NCBI GenBank assembly: GCA_021513695.1
Contig: CP084166.1
Span: 576,001 to 640,000 of the forward strand
DNA: 64,000 bases
Source of the DNA: Candidatus Heimdallarchaeum aukensis
GTDB lineage: Archaea > Asgardarchaeota > Heimdallarchaeia > Heimdallarchaeales > Heimdallarchaeaceae
Direction: 5' to 3'
Part shown: in pieces, positions 9,557 to 18,830 of the stretch
Numbering within the stretch: the stretch's first letter is position 1
Layout: every line of letters begins with the position of its first letter
The notes under the pieces: generated by a model
Seen by the model: only the letters and a program-made list of their open reading frames with translations
Databases searched by the model: none
Told to the model about the DNA's origin: nothing
Program-made: the position numbers and the translations under genes

Positions 9557-9934
9557 TTATATTTTTAGTGGATCAATAATTATACTTTCTTTATCAAAAG
9601 TTGCCAAGTAAAAGTCTTCTGTTAAAGTGAGACAACCAGTTGGACAAATATCTTGACATAGTGCACAGAAGCAACATTTTCCTAAATCTATTTGTGGATA
9701 AGTTTTTGGGTATTTCTCTTTATATTCTTCTTTTACTTCTACCATCTTTATCGCTTTATTTAAACAAATTTTGGCACAAGATCCACAAGAGATGCAGTTA
9801 TCGATGTCAAACTTATGTTTTGCTCTCTCTCTTTCTGATATCTCTACTTTCTCCATTGGAAAAAGAACAGTCATTGGTCTTTTGAACAAATTCTTGAATA
9901 TTTCTGAAATAATACTTAGTTTCATTGTTATCAC
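9557..9934 (-). CDS. 2x[4Fe-4S] subunit of a complex-I/group-4-hydrogenase-like module (NuoI/MbhN/EchF-like)
   Basis: CISCGSCAKIC and CCFCALCQDICP motifs. Starts 2 nt after the upstream NuoD-like gene ends. Confidence 0.8.
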   Translation of the reverse strand: MITMKLSIISEIFKNLFKRPMTVLFPMEKVEISERERAKHKFDIDNCISCGSCAKICLNKAIKMVEVKEEYKEKYPKTYPQIDLGKCCFCALCQDICPTGCLTLTEDFYLATFDKESIIIDPLKI

Positions 9935-9935
9935 C

Positions 9936-11048
9936 TCATCTATCTACATCAGCAGGACATTGGTTTAAACTCCAATAAATAGCAGGGACGTCAGCATAAT
10001 AAGAATCAGTAAGTAAATGCTTTAAAATAGGTATCATGTGAGTAAAAGAAGGTCCTCTGATCTTAACTCTATAAGGAGTCTTTTTTCCTGTAGCAATCAT
10101 ATAAATAGCTCCTTCTCCTCTTGATAGTTCATTACGTGTATAGGTTTCTCCTTTAGCTTTGCGGAAGTGAACAATAGGTTTCATATTAGACGTTTTTACT
10201 TCCCCTTTTGGCATTCTGTCAATTGCTTGCTTAACTATCTTCTTGCTTTCTTCTATTTCTTGCATAGCTATCAAATATCTTGAATAAGCATCTCCTTCAT
10301 CAAAAACTGGAATTTCAAACTCCAATTCATCATAAATTTCATAAGGATCATCTCTTCTAACATCTGAAGCAACCCCGCTAGCCCTTAAAATAGGTCCTGT
10401 TGCACCTAGTTTAATAGCTTCTTCTTTCGTTAACACTCCTACTTCTTTGAATCTTTCCAACCATACAGGATTTTCTTTTTTTGCGAATTTATGCATATAG
10501 TCAATCTTTTCAAATAAAGTAAGAATCTTTTTTTCTGCTTTCTCTGGTAAATCTTTTCTTACTCCTCCAGGGCAGATATATCCAGCTGGATAAAGTCTTC
10601 CTCCAGTAATATAATCGAACACATCTAGCATATAGTCTCTGTATCCCATTGCAACATTAAATCCAGTAGTAAATCCTGTTCCCATTGACATTACAGCGTA
10701 CCATATAAAGTGCGATTGTATTCTTGACAGTTCTGCAAGTATAACTCTGATGTATTTAGCTCTTTCTGGGATATCATAACCCATTAAAGTATCAACAGCT
10801 TCTGCATGGAGAAGATTCCACTGAAGAGGTTCTAAAACACATATTCTATCTGATAATACAGAGTTTTGCATTGGTTCTCTATATTCCATTAACTTCTCAA
10901 AACCCCTATGTAAATATCCTGGATCAACTACAGCTTTCATCACTCTTTCTCCACGAAGCTGAACTCTCACTGAAAAGTTTCCTGAACCAGGGTGAGCTGG
11001 TCCAAAGTACATTTCAAAATCTCCTTGTCTTTCTTCTATTTCAGTCAT
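9936..11048 (-). CDS. NuoD / [NiFe]-hydrogenase large-subunit-like protein with degenerate metal site
   Basis: 370 aa. GPAHPGSG, GYLHRGFEKL. RICVLE where hydrogenases have RxCGxC. C-terminus NQCPADVDR where hydrogenases have DPCxxCxxR. Confidence 0.85.
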   Translation of the reverse strand: MTEIEERQGDFEMYFGPAHPGSGNFSVRVQLRGERVMKAVVDPGYLHRGFEKLMEYREPMQNSVLSDRICVLEPLQWNLLHAEAVDTLMGYDIPERAKYIRVILAELSRIQSHFIWYAVMSMGTGFTTGFNVAMGYRDYMLDVFDYITGGRLYPAGYICPGGVRKDLPEKAEKKILTLFEKIDYMHKFAKKENPVWLERFKEVGVLTKEEAIKLGATGPILRASGVASDVRRDDPYEIYDELEFEIPVFDEGDAYSRYLIAMQEIEESKKIVKQAIDRMPKGEVKTSNMKPIVHFRKAKGETYTRNELSRGEGAIYMIATGKKTPYRVKIRGPSFTHMIPILKHLLTDSYYADVPAIYWSLNQCPADVDR

Positions 11049-11593
11049 TTTTTCACCTCAAAATAAATATCTTCTCGGGGATTACTTTCATCATAATATT
11101 CTTGTTGTACATATTTTCGCCAGTCGAAGTCCTTTCTAAACGGAGGAGGGCCAGTCCAGTCTTCCAACATTAGTGGAGTAAGATTAACGTTTCCTTCAAA
11201 AATCACGCCATAAAACTCATGGCATTCTCTTTCACATAATTCTGCATTTTTACTCCATAGAGAAGTAACAGAAGATATTGTAGGATTTTCTCTATTTATC
11301 CTTGTTTTTATCGTTAAAAGCATTTTTTCTTTATAGGACCATAAATGGTAAGCAATTTCAAAATTATTCTTTTCAATCCAATCTGTAACACTTATTGTAG
11401 AAAGATGTTCAAAACCCATATCATAAGCAATCGAACAAGCATCTACTATTTCTTTAGGTTCAATAGATACCCAAAGTCTTTTTTTTCTTTGGATATTAAC
11501 CTTCTTGTTTAATTTCTTACTTAAAGCCGTTACAATTTTTTCTTCTTTATCCAAATTATTCTTCTCTTTCTCTACTACACTCATTTTACTCAC
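11045..11593 (-). CDS. NuoC / MbhK / EchD-like 30-kDa subunit
   Basis: ERECHEFYGVIFEGN motif. 4-nt overlaps with both neighbours indicate translational coupling. Confidence 0.8.
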   Translation of the reverse strand: MSKMSVVEKEKNNLDKEEKIVTALSKKLNKKVNIQRKKRLWVSIEPKEIVDACSIAYDMGFEHLSTISVTDWIEKNNFEIAYHLWSYKEKMLLTIKTRINRENPTISSVTSLWSKNAELCERECHEFYGVIFEGNVNLTPLMLEDWTGPPPFRKDFDWRKYVQQEYYDESNPREDIYFEVKK

Positions 11594-12030
11594 TCATCCG
11601 GCATTCCATGAACATGTTGAACTATTTTGAAAACAGCATCAAAAACAGCTTCAGGTCTGGGAGGACAACCAGGAATATACATGGTTACAGGAAGATAATC
11701 TTCAAGCTTCTTAACAGTGTTATATGAATCCCAATACATCCCACCTGTTATTGGACATGAACCCAATGCTAAGACAAACTTTGGATCAGGCATTTGCTCA
11801 TAAATCTTTTGTGCTCTCTTCATTGATTTTGGTGTCTGAAAACCAGCAATAAACAACACATCAGCCTTTCTTGGTGAATTAACTGTTATCATTCCAAAAC
11901 GTTCCATATCCCATCTTGAACCTACAACTGGAACAAGTTCAGTAAATCCACAAGAGTTAAACCAATTAAAAACCCAAATAGCTTTTACAAAATATTTCAT
12001 CACAGTTTTCTTCTTAACCATCCTTTCCAC
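11590..12030 (-). CDS. NuoB / hydrogenase small-subunit-like protein
   Basis: GSCPITGG and PGCPPRPE motifs. The first cluster motif reads NSCGFTE, so only one Cys where CxxC or CC is expected. Confidence 0.85.
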   Translation of the reverse strand: MERMVKKKTVMKYFVKAIWVFNWFNSCGFTELVPVVGSRWDMERFGMITVNSPRKADVLFIAGFQTPKSMKRAQKIYEQMPDPKFVLALGSCPITGGMYWDSYNTVKKLEDYLPVTMYIPGCPPRPEAVFDAVFKIVQHVHGMPDE

Positions 12031-12398
12031 TTTCTTCTCTTTTGTTTAGAAACACTATACACGAATTCTTGCTATAATTATTTAAAAAAAAATTTACTTA
12101 CATATATCTTTTAGGGTAAGAATTTAATCGTGTTGCTATACTTACAAGCCCAAAAATGATAAAATAGGTCAAGGACTTTTCGGATAACCGAACATTAATC
12201 AGTATAAATACTTGCCTAATCATGTGAATAATTATGCACATGGTCAAAATGGTGATAACTGCGAATTAATCAATGAAATAGGTGTTTAAGAAAAAGCACT
12301 TCTACTTTGAAAAAGAAAAATAAATGAAAATAGTAAATCCAAAAAGTTACAGTAAATAGATAAAAATATAATAAAAAAGAAAATAAAAGACATCTAAG

Positions 12399-14156
12399 TT
12401 ATGATTTATAACTCCCATATAGATAAAGAAATCGTTCTAAATAGTACAAGAAAACTTGATTGAAATAACCGGGAAAATAAATATCAGCTGCGTGACCTGC
12501 ATATGGAAAAGTTAGTAAAGCACAATCTGTTTTTCCAGTGCCTAAATAAGCATTTTTTATTATCTCTGACTCTTCAATCAATCTATCTTTTTCTCCTTGA
12601 AATATCAAACAAGGAGGAGAGCTCTCATTGATCAATATACTTGGATTGACCCATTCGTCCTTACTTTTTGTTGCAAACTCATATTTAACATTGTTTGCAG
12701 GATAATAAGGAATTATTCCTTTTATCCTTAATTTATTTGAAAAAATTTCAGTATAATTTCCAGAATCTATGCTTAGCGCAGTAGCTAAAGCGAGTTGCCC
12801 TCCTGCAGAACTTCCAGAAATAAATACTTTATCTAAATTTGCTCCGTATTCTTCCGCATGCTCTTCCAAGTAAAAAGTGAAATTACCTATTTGTCGAATC
12901 ATATCGTCAATAGTAAATTGTCCATAAACATTTTCTGGTCCGATTTTTAGCTTTCCAAAAACTGGTGTCTCATTATTTAGTCCGTATTGGATGTCAAAAA
13001 CACAGTATCCTTGTGCTGCAAGATATCTATTCATCATTTGTACATTAAGCTGTCCCTTATCTCCAAGAACCCACCCTCCTCCGTGAATTCTTATAATTGT
13101 TGAATTTTTTCCAGGTAAGGTTTCACTTGTTTGTTTCGGTAAGTAAGCATCAAAATAGAGTTTAATATCTTTATCAACTGAATAATTACTTTTGCTACCA
13201 TTAAAGTAAAGCACATCTGTTATAACTTGAACATCAAATTTTCCAATGCCAAAAAAGTATCCTGTTAGTTGAAAAGGATCATCGAGAAAATAATCTGTAA
13301 AACTAGAATTTTCTATAACTTTTTTCCAATCACCATCAAAATAAGGATTAAAAGCGTTTGAGAATTCTAATTCTGCTTGTTTTATTGTATAAGGAGTATA
13401 AGCTACTGGAACAAAAGAGAGAGAAGTAAAGGTTAACCCAAAAACTGCTATTAAGGCAATTTTTGCCTTAAAATATTTAGATCTCTTATTTGAAATGTTG
13501 ATGAGTGTAGATGAAGAGTTTAAAACTATTAAACCAATAAAAATCCCTGCAGGAGCAACAAAAACGCTTAACAAAAAGAAGAAAGTGTTTTGCATTCTTG
13601 GAGCAAAAAATATTATCGATGTAACTATCCCTAAACTCAACCCCAATAACGCCAAAATTAAAAGAATGACTTTAGCTATTTTACAAACTATTGTACCCTT
13701 TTCTTTTTCTTTTTCTTTTTCTTTTTCTGTGTTTTCTAGTTGATCTTTTATTCTTCTTTTTTTCACTAACCAGTAAAGACTTATAAAAGCAGGAAAAGAA
13801 AATAAAAACAATAAACTAAGAACAATCGCAACAGAAAAGATCACATTTATAGATTTGACAGGTGTGAAACCTGTAAAATTAACAAAAAATAGTACAATAA
13901 AGGAAAGAAAAGAGAAAACAAAGTAAAGGTATGATAGAATTCTAATATCACTTTTTTGTTTCGGCGATTCTAATTGTTTTGAGTTCAGGAAAGACAAAAA
14001 GAAGTAATTAAACATAATTGTAAATATAATGAATAATCCATTAATATTCCAAATTAAAGAATTTGAGGGATTTGCTAAATAAATTGAGCCTGTGATAATA
14101 TTTAGAACATTGATTATAATTGAAAATATGGTTATGTACAAAGGAAACTGTTTCAT
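12399..14156 (-). CDS. Membrane-anchored alpha/beta-hydrolase (HSL-type esterase/lipase)
   Basis: N-terminal half is polytopic TM. C-terminal half has the HGGGW oxyanion motif and GSSAGG nucleophile elbow. (EK)6 linker. Confidence 0.75.
   Translation of the reverse strand: MKQFPLYITIFSIIINVLNIITGSIYLANPSNSLIWNINGLFIIFTIMFNYFFLSFLNSKQLESPKQKSDIRILSYLYFVFSFLSFIVLFFVNFTGFTPVKSINVIFSVAIVLSLLFLFSFPAFISLYWLVKKRRIKDQLENTEKEKEKEKEKGTIVCKIAKVILLILALLGLSLGIVTSIIFFAPRMQNTFFFLLSVFVAPAGIFIGLIVLNSSSTLINISNKRSKYFKAKIALIAVFGLTFTSLSFVPVAYTPYTIKQAELEFSNAFNPYFDGDWKKVIENSSFTDYFLDDPFQLTGYFFGIGKFDVQVITDVLYFNGSKSNYSVDKDIKLYFDAYLPKQTSETLPGKNSTIIRIHGGGWVLGDKGQLNVQMMNRYLAAQGYCVFDIQYGLNNETPVFGKLKIGPENVYGQFTIDDMIRQIGNFTFYLEEHAEEYGANLDKVFISGSSAGGQLALATALSIDSGNYTEIFSNKLRIKGIIPYYPANNVKYEFATKSKDEWVNPSILINESSPPCLIFQGEKDRLIEESEIIKNAYLGTGKTDCALLTFPYAGHAADIYFPGYFNQVFLYYLERFLYLYGSYKS
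13698..13727. repeat. Hexanucleotide microsatellite (TTTTTC)n encoding (EK)n on the minus strand
   Basis: Read directly: c ttttc tttttc tttttc tttttc tttttc. Lies in-frame inside the esterase linker. Confidence 0.6.
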
Positions 14157-14357
14157 AGAAGTTTTAATTCTTGTTTAATTTATTTATTTTTCTACTGTTA
14201 TTGCAAAAGTTTGTCCAATAGATGTACAATCAGTTCCTATTTGTGATTTTGTTACTAAGAAACAAATGAAATGCTCTTTTTTCTTTCACAAATTATTAAC
14301 ATTCAGTCTTAAAAATAGTTGAAAAAATAAAAAAAGAAAGTAAGAATCAGCTGTTAT

Positions 14358-16733
14358 CTAATTTATTTCTTCTTTTGTAACTTCGGGCATTTTCTTTGGC
14401 CACCAGTTCCATTTCTGAGCTAATGACATTATTGCTGGAACTAAAATTGTTCTAATAAAGAAAGTATCAACTAATACTGAAATACAGAGGATAAAACCTA
14501 CCTGATTCAATATCATTTCAGAGCTAATTAATAATCCTGAGAAAGCTATCGCCATTATTATTCCAGCAGCCGTAATTATTGTTCCTGTTTTTTCTACTCC
14601 CTTTATTATTGCGGATCTATCTGAATATCCCTTTTTCCTATATTCACTTATTCTGCTTAATAAGAATATATCATAGTCTAGTCCTAAACCCAGAACTATT
14701 GAAAAGGTAATTATTGGAACTATCCAATAAAGTGAATTCACCCCTCTTAAGACATTTGGGAACAACCAATCTAATACATTTTGCTCAAAAACTAGAACGG
14801 CAAGACCAAAAATCCAACTTAAGGTTAATCCAATAGTTATTAGCAGTCTTAAAGGGATGAAGAAAGAACCAAACATTATTACTATTAGGACATAGACTAT
14901 AAGAATTACAGTTAGAATCATATAGGGGAAAAGGTTTGTTGTTACTTCTAGAGAATCAATCCAGAATATAGCTCCACCAGCAAGGTAAATTTCGTATCCA
15001 AACTCTTTCTCAAAGTCCTTCAATAATTTTCTTGTATGTTTCACCCAATCTAATGCTTCTTTTCCTTGAGGGTCAAAAGGAGTAATTATTTCAAAGAGTG
15101 CAGAAGAATTGTCTGATGTAGCATAATTAGTCCACATTTGTTTATACAAATCAGAATTACTATCTGATGAAGATGGATTTAAGAGTATAGAGGCATAGAA
15201 CCATGGAATGGCTTGACCGTTCAACCAAGAGATTCCTGTTATAGATTCGTTAGTTAACTTCGTCTCAAGAGAAAGATTGGCTATGATCTTCTGACTATTT
15301 TCAAAAAATGTGGGATTCCTAACTCCATTAGTTTCATTGGTCTGAATAATTAAATAATAAGGTAACAATTGTCCAGCGTCAAAATCCTCTTCCAAGATAG
15401 CATAAGCAGCCCATGTTTGTGAATTTCTAGGTAGAAGATGTTTGTTTTCTAGACTAAGTTCCATTTTCATTACGTTCACAGATATCGGTACTGCGATAAC
15501 AAGAATTAACAAGATTATTGGAACAGCATATTTTTGAGAAAACTTTGTAATTGTAACCCAATTTAATTTCTTTCTTGCATCTTTGATATTTTCTTTAATT
15601 TTTTTGTTTTTACCATTGTTCTTTATTTTCTCCAGTTTCTGTTCTATTTTCTTAATGTATTTCTCATTATAGAAAAACTTACCAAAAGTAAGCAAAGCTG
15701 CAGGTGTAAAAGTTAGATTTGTAACTAAAGTAACAACAACTGTAATCCCTGCAGATAAGCCCAAAGAAGCAATGGCATTAACAGGAAAGAACATTAAACC
15801 TAAGAAACAAACAGCAAGAGTTAAACCAGAGACAAGTATTGTATGGCCAGAATGTTCATTCATTAATGAAACAGCTGTAAAATTATCTTTACCCTTCTCC
15901 ACTTCTTCTCTGTATCTAGTGAGTAAGAAAAGACTATAATCAATAGATATGGCTATAACTAACGACATAACAATACTTGGAGCAAAAGAAAGAATAGTGT
16001 AGATGTATGTAAACCCGTAAAGAATGAGAAAAGTAGTAAAGATACTAATTGCTATACTAATTAAAGGCAAAATCATAAGTTTAAGTCTTCTGATAACTAT
16101 AGCTAATACAATTAAAGCAATAGGTAAAATGAACGAATCCATGCGTTTTAGATTATCAACTATTGCTGTGCTGAAATCTCTATCCATAACTGCTAAGCCT
16201 GTAAGATATACAGAATACTCTTCTTCATTCAAATGAATCTCAAAAGCAGTGTCTTCAACATATTCAATAAAATCTTCCTCTACATCTTTATTCTCGGTTT
16301 CATAGATCACAATAATTAGAGTTGAAGTTAGATTCTCAGAAACGAATGATTTTGCAACATCCGATTGATTAATGGCTTGTAACCCATAATAACTGTAAAT
16401 TCCCTTAATTATCTGACTATTTTCAAAATTATTTAATTTTTCAATTAAAGCAAAAGTATAGTTCTGAACTTCAGGATTAAGAACAGAATTATTATTATTT
16501 GATTTTATAATAATGATTAAGCTTGTACTATTTGCTCTTTCAGGAAATACTTGCTCTAAAACTTGTTGAGCTTTATATCCATCAGTATACTCAGGAGGTT
16601 CAAACACATTTTCAGTTTTATCAAAAAAATTGAAACCATATGTTATTCCCAAAACTAGTATAATTATCCAAAAAACAAGTATTGGTACTCTAAATTTTTT
16701 TATGTATTTGTTATATCTATCAACAATCCCCAT
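14358..16733 (-). CDS. MMPL/RND-superfamily exporter
   Basis: 791 aa. Two blocks of about 6 TM helices, each preceded by a large soluble loop. Divergent TetR gene alongside. Confidence 0.85.
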   Translation of the reverse strand: MGIVDRYNKYIKKFRVPILVFWIIILVLGITYGFNFFDKTENVFEPPEYTDGYKAQQVLEQVFPERANSTSLIIIIKSNNNNSVLNPEVQNYTFALIEKLNNFENSQIIKGIYSYYGLQAINQSDVAKSFVSENLTSTLIIVIYETENKDVEEDFIEYVEDTAFEIHLNEEEYSVYLTGLAVMDRDFSTAIVDNLKRMDSFILPIALIVLAIVIRRLKLMILPLISIAISIFTTFLILYGFTYIYTILSFAPSIVMSLVIAISIDYSLFLLTRYREEVEKGKDNFTAVSLMNEHSGHTILVSGLTLAVCFLGLMFFPVNAIASLGLSAGITVVVTLVTNLTFTPAALLTFGKFFYNEKYIKKIEQKLEKIKNNGKNKKIKENIKDARKKLNWVTITKFSQKYAVPIILLILVIAVPISVNVMKMELSLENKHLLPRNSQTWAAYAILEEDFDAGQLLPYYLIIQTNETNGVRNPTFFENSQKIIANLSLETKLTNESITGISWLNGQAIPWFYASILLNPSSSDSNSDLYKQMWTNYATSDNSSALFEIITPFDPQGKEALDWVKHTRKLLKDFEKEFGYEIYLAGGAIFWIDSLEVTTNLFPYMILTVILIVYVLIVIMFGSFFIPLRLLITIGLTLSWIFGLAVLVFEQNVLDWLFPNVLRGVNSLYWIVPIITFSIVLGLGLDYDIFLLSRISEYRKKGYSDRSAIIKGVEKTGTIITAAGIIMAIAFSGLLISSEMILNQVGFILCISVLVDTFFIRTILVPAIMSLAQKWNWWPKKMPEVTKEEIN

Positions 16734-16803
16734 TTCATATCACCCACGTTTTGTTTATTAATATGCGTTTTTTGTTGTCAGTATCCTAAACATAACAACA
16801 CCC

Positions 16804-16812
16804 TTATATAAA
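16804..16812 (+). promoter_or_regulatory. Candidate TATA box for the TetR gene
   Basis: TTATATAAA lies about 30 nt upstream of the ATG at 16841, consistent with a short-leader or leaderless archaeal promoter. Confidence 0.35.
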
Positions 16813-16840
16813 CATAACCTAATAACTATTCTGAGAAGAG

Positions 16841-17530
16841 ATGAATGATAGTTTCAGGATGAGAAAAGATCAAAGAAAAGAATTAATTAAACAAGTAGCA
16901 ATACAAAAAATGGTTGAAGAGGGTATAGAAAACGTAAGTATGAAATCTATTGCAGAAGAAGCAGAAATATCAGATACGCTACTCTACCGCTATTATCCCA
17001 GTAAATATGTGATATTATATGACTTCTTCTTATGTGAATTTGATAAAATAAATGATCGAATTGAAGAAATCTTTGAAACAATCAAAATAATGATTACTGA
17101 CCTTTCTCAATCAATTCCAATTCTAGTTAAAATATTGAAAAAACTTCTAAGAGAGTTCAAGTATGGATTACTCTTATTAATAAATGAAGAGGAAAAAATA
17201 TTTACTTACTTGGAAGAAGGAAGAAAAATTTGGGAAGAGAAAGGAGAAAACGTTCCTACTCTTTCATTAGAATATTTCCTAAATAAGCAAACAGTGGAAG
17301 TTATCGCAGAATATTTCTTAAGATGTAAAAAGGACGGGTTCTTTAAAGAAACAATTGACCCAAAAGTTGCTTCAATGATGCTTATAACAATAATCTGGCA
17401 AACAATAATAAAAAGACCATACAAGTTCTTAGAACCAGAAATGAAAGAAGAAGAATATGATAGATTACTTGATGCACAAATAGATATCATAATCAAGGCT
17501 TTAACTCCAAAGTCTAAAAGTGAAAAATAG
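16841..17530 (+). CDS. TetR/AcrR-family transcriptional regulator
   Basis: N-terminal HTH (MKSIAEEAEISDTLLYRYYPSK). Divergent from the MMPL exporter. Confidence 0.8.
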   Translation: MNDSFRMRKDQRKELIKQVAIQKMVEEGIENVSMKSIAEEAEISDTLLYRYYPSKYVILYDFFLCEFDKINDRIEEIFETIKIMITDLSQSIPILVKILKKLLREFKYGLLLLINEEEKIFTYLEEGRKIWEEKGENVPTLSLEYFLNKQTVEVIAEYFLRCKKDGFFKETIDPKVASMMLITIIWQTIIKRPYKFLEPEMKEEEYDRLLDAQIDIIIKALTPKSKSEK

Positions 17531-17575
17531 AATTAAAATTTTAAAGATATAAAGAAAAAGTGGGTCTATTATTAC

Positions 17576-18151
17576 TTAAGCTATGATAAGCTCGATAAAA
17601 TCGTTTGCAAATTTTTCTACTTTTTTCCAATCTCTGAAGTCAACAATATTGTTTTTCATATCTGGTTCATGTTCTTTGGCCACTACAGAAGCAATTTTCT
17701 TATCTAGCCAGCCCATTCTACTATTATCTGACAGATCAAGTTTTCCTCCAAATGCTTCAATTAGTTGAAATTCTAAACCTAGTTTTTCAATTCGTTCAAT
17801 TATGTATTGTTTTTTAATTTCATCATATCTTTCTTGCTGTGCAGCAAAAGCTGAACTAATGAAAAATGCCTTTTTTCCGCTATATTGTTTTAGTTTTTCT
17901 TTCTCCTTATTCAGATAATTTTTTACTTCTTTTACCCACATTGACATCTTAATTCCTGTACCTATAACAACACCATCGTAATTATTAATTTTAGGAAGAT
18001 TTTTGTTTTTGACTTTTTTTAAATCAAAAATGTCTGTTTTAATTTCTTTTTTCTCAAACATCTCCTTTAATTTCTCAGCTACTTCTTCTGTTGCTCCAAA
18101 TCTTGTTCCATATAGGATTAAAACTTTCTTATCAGTAATTTTATTCACCAA
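17576..18151 (-). CDS. Flavodoxin-domain protein
   Basis: KVLILYGTRFGATEEVAEKL N-terminus and an alpha/beta pattern of about 190 aa. Confidence 0.7.
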   Translation of the reverse strand: MVNKITDKKVLILYGTRFGATEEVAEKLKEMFEKKEIKTDIFDLKKVKNKNLPKINNYDGVVIGTGIKMSMWVKEVKNYLNKEKEKLKQYSGKKAFFISSAFAAQQERYDEIKKQYIIERIEKLGLEFQLIEAFGGKLDLSDNSRMGWLDKKIASVVAKEHEPDMKNNIVDFRDWKKVEKFANDFIELIIA

Positions 18152-18211
18152 TTTGATTTACAAAATGCATAGAATATAACTTTTTGCTTTTACAAAACAG
18201 AAATAAAATAA

Positions 18212-18270
18212 GTCTTGAGAACTGAGAACTAAGGTGAAAAATAGTGTCACTTTGATACAACTCTCAAGAC
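18212..18270 (-). other. Intergenic hairpin (9-bp perfect stem, 41-nt loop)
   Basis: GTCTTGAGA at 18212-18220 pairs with TCTCAAGAC at 18262-18270. Lies between two minus-strand genes. Confidence 0.25.
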
Positions 18271-18397
18271 AAGAAAAACATAAACAACACAGAAATTAAA
18301 AATTAATTCTATATTATTGGACTTAACCCCTATCTCCATTTCAACGCTTTTTTTCAATAATTAATAAAAGAACAAGAAAAAAGAGTAAGAAGGTATT

Positions 18398-18826
18398 TTA
18401 TAATATAATGAAGAAATAGAGAACAATTTGTGATATGGTGAAGGATAGAATAGACAAAACGAGGAAAAACCTACATAAATACTTGAAAAATAGTTGTTTT
18501 CGGTTTTGGGGATTAATTCTGTGAAATAATCGCGTAGAAATGTTTGGCTCTTCTTTTTTTGATAAGCTAATTAAATGTGGAATAGCAAAGGTTGCAGCAA
18601 GATCTGTGCTTATTGTTACAAAGGGTATTAATACTAACACAAAATATAGCACACTCAGGGTCAAGTCTTCTGTAAAGATAGATTTTTCAAAAAAAGTAAA
18701 TGGAATCACTACTCCTACAAAAGTGAACAAAAACAATATCAGTACTTCAAATATAAAACTACCTTTCCACGATATTTGCTCGGGAGAGCTGATAATGATT
18801 TTTTTGTTTTTCTTATTAGGTTGCAT
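18398..18826 (-). CDS. Small polytopic membrane protein
   Basis: 142 aa with 3-4 hydrophobic helices. Starts 5 nt after the stop of the upstream peptidase gene. Confidence 0.5.
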   Translation of the reverse strand: MQPNKKNKKIIISSPEQISWKGSFIFEVLILFLFTFVGVVIPFTFFEKSIFTEDLTLSVLYFVLVLIPFVTISTDLAATFAIPHLISLSKKEEPNISTRLFHRINPQNRKQLFFKYLCRFFLVLSILSFTISQIVLYFFIIL

Positions 18827-18830
18827 AGTT

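Noticed and set aside
12031-12398. Long (368 nt) leader upstream of the NuoB-like gene, as a possible riboswitch or sRNA
   Set aside because: I could find only a weak CATGTG-N10-CACATG repeat and no conserved structure that I can recognise by eye.
16773-16800. TGTTGT-N16-ACAACA inverted repeat in the MMPL/TetR intergenic region as a TetR operator
   Set aside because: The arms are only 6 bp with a long spacer in AT-rich DNA, which is too weak to distinguish from chance.
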